Origin: a virus
Lineage: Duplodnaviria; Caudoviricetes
Virus record (IMG/VR): IMGVR_UViG_3300043394_000609
Direction: 5' to 3' (one strand)
Length of the DNA: 64,000 nt
Each line of letters starts with the position of its first letter. Position 1 is the stretch's first letter. The notes beneath the pieces are model-generated. The model was given only the letters and a program-made list of their open reading frames with translations. It searched no databases and had not been told where the DNA came from. The translations under genes were made by a program, and so were the position numbers. Positions 57,175-64,000 of this stretch are shown one piece after another.

Positions 57175-58341
57175 TTATTTCATTTTTTTCATCAATTCTT
57201 TCATTCTTGAAAATTGAGGTGCTTCGTAAACTTTTGATTCAGATAACACTTCGCTAGAAGAACTAGATGGAGTTGATGCAATTTTGTTCGCTACAGATTC
57301 TGTGACTGGATTTTTAGTGTCTAAATCTGTTTTGATTGTATTGTAAAGATTTTTTGATTCTGTTATTGTAGTAATATTGTCGAATCTTTTTAAGATATTC
57401 AATTTCTCAGCTTTAGTAGTTGAATGTTCAGTGAACAATCTAGTAGCATATGCCAAGTTAGCATTGAATACAGCAACTTCATTAAGTTTATCTTTAAATA
57501 AAACTAATGCTTTTTTATATTCCGCATTTTGTTTCTTTAATTTAGATACTTCTTCATTAATTGCTTCGTTTTTTCCGTTGCTTCCTGCTTTGAATTGTGT
57601 TCCACCGTTTCCTTTTTTGTGGAAAGCGAATGTACGAGCAGATTCACCCATTTCTTCTTCTGAAGGCTCGTCAGACATTTCGTCTTCGTCTTCTTCGTCT
57701 AAGTCAATTTCGTAAACCTCTTCATCACTTACTTCATCGTCAGCTGCTGGGAATTCTTCTTCAGATAAATCAGCCCCAAAATCTTCATCAGATTCTTCTG
57801 CATCATCACCTAATTTAATGATGTAGTCATCATCCTCATCTTTAAGTTCGATGTTGTTTCCGTCTTTTTTAACTACGATACCATCTTCGTCAGACATTGC
57901 TTTAAATACTTTCAACACCTCTTCATCAGAAGCATCAGTCATATCTAACATATCGTCATCAGAATCCATGTCATCTTCGTCATCCATTGACGCGAAATCA
58001 TCGTCCATTGCTGGTTCTTCATCTTCAGCTTCGCCTTCAGCGTCTTCTTCAGATTCGTCACCATCGATGTCTTTGAATGGTTCATCATTTATCGAGGTCT
58101 CGTCATCGTTTTCTTCTGCATCTGCTTCATCAGCATCAGCGTCAGACATACCGTCTTCTTCCTCTTCGCCAGGGATTGGTTGTTCAGCAACCTCTTCCTC
58201 TTCTTCCATACTTTCTTTAAGCAAGTCATTTAGTTCTTGTTTCATTGTTGAAGCAAGTATACCTTTTGCATTTTGCTTTACTGCTTCCTCAAGGGTTTGT
58301 ACTTGAAGTAACGCTTGTTCTAAAATGGATTTTTCGCTCAT
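57175..58341 (-). CDS. Prohead core/scaffold protein
   Basis: Between protease and capsid genes; long acidic linker and coiled coil; LNEVAVFNANLAY. Confidence 0.8.
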   Translation of the reverse strand: MSEKSILEQALLQVQTLEEAVKQNAKGILASTMKQELNDLLKESMEEEEEVAEQPIPGEEEEDGMSDADADEADAEENDDETSINDEPFKDIDGDESEEDAEGEAEDEEPAMDDDFASMDDEDDMDSDDDMLDMTDASDEEVLKVFKAMSDEDGIVVKKDGNNIELKDEDDDYIIKLGDDAEESDEDFGADLSEEEFPAADDEVSDEEVYEIDLDEEDEDEMSDEPSEEEMGESARTFAFHKKGNGGTQFKAGSNGKNEAINEEVSKLKKQNAEYKKALVLFKDKLNEVAVFNANLAYATRLFTEHSTTKAEKLNILKRFDNITTITESKNLYNTIKTDLDTKNPVTESVANKIASTPSSSSSEVLSESKVYEAPQFSRMKELMKKMK

Positions 58342-58360
58342 TTAATTATTTGATTTACTA

Positions 58361-58368
58361 TATAAATA
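58361..58368 (-). promoter_or_regulatory. Putative late promoter TATTTATA
   Basis: Upstream of the scaffold and capsid genes. Confidence 0.65.
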
Positions 58369-58432
58369 TGTGCATTATTTAAAAAAACCTAGTTTTTGAT
58401 ATTATAAAAGCTAAATAATTTTATTTTTTTAA

Positions 58433-59116
58433 TTATTTTGAAAGGAATGAGTCAAATTTACCCATTAATCTTTTCATTTTATCTTCCATAACTGGCTTTT
58501 CTTCAATGTGTTCGTTGTATTTGTCCTTGTCATTAAGGTCTTGGAATACATATGCTCCAGGAGTTGATGGTGAAGAAACTAAATCAAAACAAACTAATTC
58601 AAAATCATCTTGTACGATGTTTTGACCCCTAACTTGTTTTAATGATCCTACCCCTCTAGATGATATTCCTAATGTAACACCATTCATGATTAACATAGCG
58701 GCTTGATCACCTTTGCAACTAACAATACCCATTTTTCTCCAACCTGGTGAAGTAAGTATTTTTAGTTTACCCATTAAGGTTTTACCTTCCCACCATGTTT
58801 CGGTGATTACGTGAGATACACGATCTAAATCTATAAGTGATGATGATGGGTGGTTTAATTCATTTAAAGCCGACCCTTTTTTAATTACTTCTTGATACTT
58901 TTGATCTTCCCTCTTTAAAAGAGATTCAGGATAGATTCTACCGTTTTTATTTGGTGTATCATATTTTTGTAAGACAGCGTAAAGAATAAGATCCTCAGAT
59001 GAATCTATATTCTTCATTTCGCTAATAATGTGTTGGTTATCTGATGGGGAGATATGACCAGCGTCATATTCAATTAATATCCCTTTTCCAGTTTCGTTAG
59101 GTCCCAGTATTTTCAT
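58433..59116 (-). CDS. gp21: Prohead maturation protease (T4 gp21-like)
   Basis: NKNGRIYP, ELNHP, RVSH, LGISSRGVGS and FDLVSSPSTPGA motifs. Confidence 0.95.
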   Translation of the reverse strand: MKILGPNETGKGILIEYDAGHISPSDNQHIISEMKNIDSSEDLILYAVLQKYDTPNKNGRIYPESLLKREDQKYQEVIKKGSALNELNHPSSSLIDLDRVSHVITETWWEGKTLMGKLKILTSPGWRKMGIVSCKGDQAAMLIMNGVTLGISSRGVGSLKQVRGQNIVQDDFELVCFDLVSSPSTPGAYVFQDLNDKDKYNEHIEEKPVMEDKMKRLMGKFDSFLSK

Positions 59117-59134
59117 TTATAACTTTTGTATTCA

Positions 59135-59142
59135 TATAAATA
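59135..59142 (-). promoter_or_regulatory. Putative late promoter TATTTATA
   Basis: Upstream of the protease gene. Confidence 0.65.
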
Positions 59143-59156
59143 CTGGGACTTTTAAA

Positions 59157-59585
59157 TCAAATCTTAGTTTTGTTAAAATTAAATAAGGATTTATCAATTA
59201 AACATGAATCAATTGTGTTATTTACTGTGTTTTTCAATAAAGTTTTAACTTCATTTGATTTAACATCAAAAAATTTATCGACAAATAATGTTATCTCTAA
59301 ATTCATAAACGATCTTTTATTCATTTTAATCCCTTTAGTTCTAATATCTAAATCAACAATTGTTTCTTTTTTAAAAAAACCTTGCAAATCGTGGTTTCTA
59401 AGGTGGTCTTTAATTTTTTTTCTTGTCTTCGAAATTACTTTTTCAAAATCAATATCTTCTTCTTGGGGTTCAACCCATGCATTCATTTTAATGTATACGG
59501 TTTTAAGATTTTTAAAATCTACGGTACCATAACCTACCTTAACTTCTTTGTGATTTCCTAAAGGGATGTATTTTCCACTTTTCAT
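59157..59585 (-). CDS. Hypothetical protein
   Basis: 142-aa ORF containing YGTVDFKNLKTVYI..W and KRSFMNLEITL. Confidence 0.75.
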   Translation of the reverse strand: MKSGKYIPLGNHKEVKVGYGTVDFKNLKTVYIKMNAWVEPQEEDIDFEKVISKTRKKIKDHLRNHDLQGFFKKETIVDLDIRTKGIKMNKRSFMNLEITLFVDKFFDVKSNEVKTLLKNTVNNTIDSCLIDKSLFNFNKTKI

Positions 59586-59621
59586 TAATTAATTTCATTA
59601 TTACTAAATTTATGGTGTAAT

Positions 59622-59653
59622 CTAATATAATGAAAAAACCTGGTAATACCAAA
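59622..59653 (-). promoter_or_regulatory. Bacteroidota-like promoter TTTG-N20-TATATTAG
   Basis: Near-consensus -33/-7 boxes directly after a terminator. Confidence 0.5.
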
Positions 59654-59674
59654 ATTTATATGAGTTATTTGGGT

Positions 59675-59702
59675 AAAAAAAAGGTCTAGATTATTCTAGA
59701 CC
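59675..59702 (-). terminator. Intrinsic terminator with the upstream stop codon in its loop
   Basis: GGTCTAGA-ATAA-TCTAGACC followed by T8. Confidence 0.8.
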
Positions 59703-60431
59703 GTTTTCTAATTGCTTTAAACGATAATAATTAAACTTCGTTGGATTCATGTCATCCATTTCCCTTTTAACATCGTTTAGTTTAGTTTTAAATTCATCAT
59801 CTGTTGATTCTGATAATAACCCGTCAACTTTGTTATTTAAACTTTCTTTTAAGTTTTTCATTTGACCAATGATATCATCATCGGTTAATGATATAATGCT
59901 TTTTAGTTCTTCTTTTTGTTCTTCATTTAATGTATTATTATAAAGTACATTAAAATTGTTTGCCAATACCGCATGTAATAAACTTTCATTTACCGCAAAG
60001 TTTTCAGTGCCTCTTTCTTCAACTTGTTTTTTTGTTGTTAAATGTTCAACTAGTTTTTTCTTAGCAATAACCTTCTTATCGATGTTGTTTAAGTTATCTT
60101 CTTCCAATAACTGATCGATTGAATCATATAATTCATTCTCATCAATCTGAGTGTCATAAACAGACATGTTTACTACTTCACAAAAACTTTTTACTTTACT
60201 TGCTTTTTCTTTTAAAATGTTACCAATTTCTTCAACATATAATTTGGCAACTTCTTTATCATCGAAATATTTGTTTTCAATTTCTTCATAGAATACAAAC
60301 ATCTCCTTAAAGTCTTTATTCTTTTTAACTACCTTTAGTAGGTTTCTTGTATTTTGTTTAAATGTCCCTTGCTCGTAAGCTTCGGTTAATTTCTTTAATA
60401 GTTTAGATTTAATCTTCCCAAAATTGTTCAT
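59691..60431 (-). CDS. Hypothetical head-module protein
   Basis: 246-aa, apparently helical ORF directly downstream of the portal gene. Confidence 0.75.
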   Translation of the reverse strand: MNNFGKIKSKLLKKLTEAYEQGTFKQNTRNLLKVVKKNKDFKEMFVFYEEIENKYFDDKEVAKLYVEEIGNILKEKASKVKSFCEVVNMSVYDTQIDENELYDSIDQLLEEDNLNNIDKKVIAKKKLVEHLTTKKQVEERGTENFAVNESLLHAVLANNFNVLYNNTLNEEQKEELKSIISLTDDDIIGQMKNLKESLNNKVDGLLSESTDDEFKTKLNDVKREMDDMNPTKFNYYRLKQLENGLE

Positions 60432-60434
60432 TTG

Positions 60435-62264
60435 TTAATCGTTTAATATATCGTTCAGTTTATTTTCTATTTCATAAATATTCTGTTGTGCTTTTTCTAG
60501 ATTAAATAAATCACCTAAATTTTCGCTTTCACCTAACATTCCTAATAGTTTGCTTTTTTTAGTCTCACTTAATGGTTCTGCTTCACCACCACCTGCCGGC
60601 GGTTCTGGTGCGCTAATTGGTGGTGCTCCACCACCCATATCCATGTCTGCGCCTTCTTCACCACCTACGGCACCCGCAGCGGCCGCTTCAATTTTTGCAC
60701 GTTCATCTTCTGATATACCGTATTTAGCATCGACTTCATCAAATACCCCAGATCTTCTAATAATAGTGTTTGTTGTTGTTAATTCAGCCCCCATTGCTCT
60801 TTCAAGACGTTGTTGTTGTAAATCTAACAAAACTTCATTATCACTAAATCCAAGAATGTTTTTCTTAGCCCAAGTATGCGATACTGGTAAGATACCAATT
60901 TGAGATTGATCCGAAGTGGCATCTTTATACAATGTGATTTTCTCTTTCCATTGTTCAATTCTTAATAAATCAGATTGTGCAGATGGATTAGTTAAACCTA
61001 ATGTAAAATTATTTAATTCATCTTCTAATCCAAGCATATAAAGATGCACTAATGCTATCTTATTTAATTCTTGAATTAATGATTTTTGTATTCTATTAAT
61101 TGTTCTAGCAAAACGGATATCCATTAATGCTAAATTTTTACCATCACCAACAACTTCTTCAAATCCTAAGAATGCTTTTGGTATACGAAGTGCCGCTAAT
61201 AGTTTCTTTTGGATGTATTCGATATCTGTAATCTCACCTAAATTTTGTGCACCAGGTAATGTTTCAATTGGACTAGCTGCACTTTGATCACGAACTGGTA
61301 TGAAATAATCTTGATCAACAGCCATTTGGTTATATCTCATGTCCACTTGACCATTTCTCTGATCTACCACTTGATCACGTTTAAATTTATTTGCTACACG
61401 TTGCACATATGGTTCAATGTCTTTATCGTCCATATTACCAACGAAAATTTTAAATACACGTCTTTCAGGTGCTCTAGATGTTCTATAAATTAACATAGCA
61501 TCTTCAGCCAATAAAAGTTGTTTCCAGATTCTTCTTATCTTATCCAACATAGAAGTACCGTATGGTAATTTTCTATCGTCACCTAATAATCTAAAGTGAC
61601 CAATTTCCCATGCTTGAAATTCCATATCTTTGTTCTTCCAAGTAAAACGTAATTCTTTTGTTGGCATCTTCATTACATTATCACCTTGGTTAGGTGATTT
61701 TGATTGTGCCCCTTCCCATCGTTCGATTTCAATGTTTGGTAATTGATGACAGCCAATAACACCTTTCTCTGGATCAATTTTTAAATAAACAAAGTTATCA
61801 CCATACTTACACATGTTTCTTGCCCACATTTGTAAATTGGTGTTGATATCCAATTGATTTTCGAATAGATCAATTAATATGTTTTTAACTCTTGTTGATT
61901 CTGAATAGATGTTTAGAATATGTCCCTTTTCAGACATAGTTGTTGATTCTTCACCATAAATGTCTAATGCCGCAGAAATCTCCGGTGTAAATTCCATGGA
62001 TTCATAATCATAGTATGCTGATAATCTATTTGGTTCATAATATACCGATTGGTTATATAATGAATTGTCTAGTTTTGCCCATTTATCAAATAGGAACTGA
62101 CTTTGTTGCGCTTGTAATTTGGTTTTTTCGAATTCAACAGGATCGTCAGTTCTTAATAATTCTTCTCTAGAAAAATTAAATGAAGGTGGGGCCTGTTGTC
62201 CTCTGTTTTGAAACCCAAATATTTGCGTTAACTTCTGAAATACTGTTAAGTCTTGATTTGCCAT
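60435..62264 (-). CDS. gp20: Portal protein (T4 gp20-like)
   Basis: PEISAALDI, EDAMLIYRTSRAPERRVFKIFVGNM, DYFIPVR, IETLPGAQNLGEITDIEY and FARTI.RIQ motifs. Confidence 0.95.
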   Translation of the reverse strand: MANQDLTVFQKLTQIFGFQNRGQQAPPSFNFSREELLRTDDPVEFEKTKLQAQQSQFLFDKWAKLDNSLYNQSVYYEPNRLSAYYDYESMEFTPEISAALDIYGEESTTMSEKGHILNIYSESTRVKNILIDLFENQLDINTNLQMWARNMCKYGDNFVYLKIDPEKGVIGCHQLPNIEIERWEGAQSKSPNQGDNVMKMPTKELRFTWKNKDMEFQAWEIGHFRLLGDDRKLPYGTSMLDKIRRIWKQLLLAEDAMLIYRTSRAPERRVFKIFVGNMDDKDIEPYVQRVANKFKRDQVVDQRNGQVDMRYNQMAVDQDYFIPVRDQSAASPIETLPGAQNLGEITDIEYIQKKLLAALRIPKAFLGFEEVVGDGKNLALMDIRFARTINRIQKSLIQELNKIALVHLYMLGLEDELNNFTLGLTNPSAQSDLLRIEQWKEKITLYKDATSDQSQIGILPVSHTWAKKNILGFSDNEVLLDLQQQRLERAMGAELTTTNTIIRRSGVFDEVDAKYGISEDERAKIEAAAAGAVGGEEGADMDMGGGAPPISAPEPPAGGGEAEPLSETKKSKLLGMLGESENLGDLFNLEKAQQNIYEIENKLNDILND

Positions 62265-62268
62265 ATGA

Positions 62269-62276
62269 TATAAATA
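62269..62276 (-). promoter_or_regulatory. Putative late promoter TATTTATA
   Basis: 4 nt upstream of the portal ATG. Confidence 0.65.
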
Positions 62277-62312
62277 CTTTCTTTATTAATCTAATTAAAA
62301 ATAACGGTTAAA

Positions 62313-63998
62313 TCAACCTTTTTTTGTTTTGCCATTAAATAGCCAAGAGTATTGTCCATATTGTTCTCTACTCGCTTGGTTAGTTGGTCTTGAATACGGC
62401 ATACTATCCATAGCCATACCACCAATAGCATCAAAACTGGTACCATATGAATAAAACTCTTTACCTGCTTCATATGTTCTCTCAGACATCACCCAAGATT
62501 CCAACATGGCTTTATTTGCCGAATCATTTCTTTGTAATTGCGTGAACGATATATCACCAGCATATATTGCAATAGCCATTGCCATAATTAAATCATCATG
62601 TTGACCTTTCATGTGATTTGGTCTACCGTTGATGTAAACAAATGTGTTTAATTCATTTAATAATCTACTTGACCTAACAACAAAACCATGTCTTAATTCT
62701 TCTTCAAATGCTGAAACAATTTGTGTACGTTTATTATTAAAATTAATCCCCGGTATTTTTTCGTTTATTTTTGAGTTATATTCCCAGATGTTTTGTGTGT
62801 TGATACCATCATAGAACATACTCTTATATCCCATTTCTTGTAATTTTCTTGATGTTGCAACACCCATACCACCCGTAATATCAATTACAATAAAACATTT
62901 GTATAATGTGCCCCATTTATATGCTATTGACGCTAAATCATCCGGCGGTATTTTACCGAGATATTCTAATACCTGACATTTCTCGTCAAAGTTGATAATG
63001 ATGATAGATGAAAAATCTTCACTATCCCCCCTACTAACATCGACCCCCATAATATAACGACAACCTTCTTTTGGTTCATCCCACATCCAAAGTGTACCTT
63101 GCATGTATTTTTCTTTGGGGTGTTTTATCATGGTTTTTGATATTCGTTCCATTGTTTCCCCAGGAATAACACTATCCCCGGATCCCAAGAAGTCACATTC
63201 AAGCTCTTGCGCAATCTTACGTTTGTCATACTTGAATTTCTTCGCCATTGATTCAAACCAACTAGAATATGGTGTATATCCATCTGCAATTAATTCTTCG
63301 TATTTTTCAATATCAAAATCTCGTAGTATTACTTCACTATCGTTATATTGTTCTCGATTTAACATATAATGGACAATATCCGGCACTTTAATCCAACATA
63401 AGTCTTTTGTGTAACGTGGATCTTTAAACCATCTTAAATCCGTTATATGAAAGTCATTGATTCCTCTTTGTGCTTGTTCATAAACACCATAATAAATTGG
63501 GTCATATCCATTTGGTGTTGAAATCAAAATAATTTTACCCCCGGTTGATAGGGATGCCATAGACGCTGCCCAGAAATCTTCACCGGCCTCAATATATGCG
63601 GCCTCGTCAAATACAAGTATGGTTGGTGTATAACCACGCAAGGCATCGGCAGATGTTGCAACGGCTTTAACTTCACATCCATTATTTAGTCTAAAACGAC
63701 TTTCAGAGTTTTTATCAGGTGAGAAACCAACATTAATCCATTCAGGCCATTGTTCTAAAAAGTGTCTTACTTTATTTGCCATCTCAATCGCAGTATCACG
63801 TTTATTGGCAATAATCAAAACTCTTTCTGGTTCGGTGTCTTTTGCTGTTTGTAATTTTTTTGATATCCAGGCCGCCGTTACTGTAGAAACCCCAGCCTGT
63901 CTATATTTTCTAGTGATATTCTCATTGTAATTCTCGTAATCTTGAATTAATTGTTCTTGATCCGGGAATAACACTAATGGTACATATTTTTTTTGTGT
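62313..63998 (-). CDS. gp17: Terminase large subunit (T4 gp17-like), 5' end outside the window
   Basis: KYRQAGVST, FDEAAY, ISTPNG, QELECDF, GVDVSRGDSEDFS and HDDLIMA motifs; frame stays open to the window edge (TQKKYVPLVLFP). Confidence 0.93.
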   Translation of the reverse strand, partial: TQKKYVPLVLFPDQEQLIQDYENYNENITRKYRQAGVSTVTAAWISKKLQTAKDTEPERVLIIANKRDTAIEMANKVRHFLEQWPEWINVGFSPDKNSESRFRLNNGCEVKAVATSADALRGYTPTILVFDEAAYIEAGEDFWAASMASLSTGGKIILISTPNGYDPIYYGVYEQAQRGINDFHITDLRWFKDPRYTKDLCWIKVPDIVHYMLNREQYNDSEVILRDFDIEKYEELIADGYTPYSSWFESMAKKFKYDKRKIAQELECDFLGSGDSVIPGETMERISKTMIKHPKEKYMQGTLWMWDEPKEGCRYIMGVDVSRGDSEDFSSIIIINFDEKCQVLEYLGKIPPDDLASIAYKWGTLYKCFIVIDITGGMGVATSRKLQEMGYKSMFYDGINTQNIWEYNSKINEKIPGINFNNKRTQIVSAFEEELRHGFVVRSSRLLNELNTFVYINGRPNHMKGQHDDLIMAMAIAIYAGDISFTQLQRNDSANKAMLESWVMSERTYEAGKEFYSYGTSFDAIGGMAMDSMPYSRPTNQASREQYGQYSWLFNGKTKKG

Positions 63999-64000
63999 GT

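Noticed and set aside
62291-62473. 60-aa hydrophobic ORF overlapping the terminase 3' end as a possible holin or spanin
   Set aside because: It is almost entirely nested out of frame in the terminase gene, with no lipobox or initiation signal
653-63369. Many short ORFs antisense to or nested inside long genes (e.g. 1438-1650, 9517-9891, 14553-15653, 31999-33508, 57377-58306, 60550-60903)
   Set aside because: They are shadows of well-supported genes, with no recognisable motifs or expression signals
25804-63998. Inteins, introns or homing endonucleases in polymerase, terminase, helicase or capsid genes
   Set aside because: Catalytic motifs are contiguous, and no splice-junction or LAGLIDADG/HNH/GIY-YIG motifs were seen
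1-64000. Alternative genetic code (stop-codon reassignment)
   Set aside because: Core genes are full length and densely packed under the standard code
1-64000. tRNA or rRNA genes
   Set aside because: Intergenic gaps are short or AT-only, and no cloverleaf or T-loop signature was recognised

Overview
This window is a gene-dense, AT-rich segment of a large T4-superfamily-like (myovirus) bacteriophage genome that translates cleanly with the standard code. It carries most of the virion module: large terminase (truncated at the right edge), portal, prohead protease, scaffold, major capsid, neck and tail-terminator proteins, sheath, tube, tape measure, baseplate proteins and fibre-like proteins. 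Interleaved with these are replication and recombination genes (family-B DNA polymerase, RecA/UvsX, gp32-like SSB, SNF2-type helicase). A + strand cluster holds three glycosyltransferases, dUTPase, PhoH, degenerate HD and HAD enzymes and a gp55-like late sigma factor. TTTG-N19/20-TAnnTTTG promoters and the lack of Shine-Dalgarno sites point to a Bacteroidota host (inference). The most notable observations are: (1) an 80-aa protein that aligns by eye along ubiquitin but stops just before the LRGG tail, located in a late tail-protein operon (candidate decoy of bacterial ubiquitin-like anti-phage conjugation); (2) a late-promoter motif, TATTTAT(A/T), which is the reverse complement of the T4 late box and often lies only 3-5 nt from the ATG; (3) a candidate +1 frameshift joining gp26- and gp51-like ORFs in front of the tape measure gene; (4) an origin-like element made of a promoter, a G-free AT tract and a hairpin; (5) a set of probable head-internal proteins sharing protease/scaffold-like motifs. 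No tRNA, rRNA, CRISPR array, intein or mobile element was recognised. All family assignments come from motif recognition by eye; no database searches were run.
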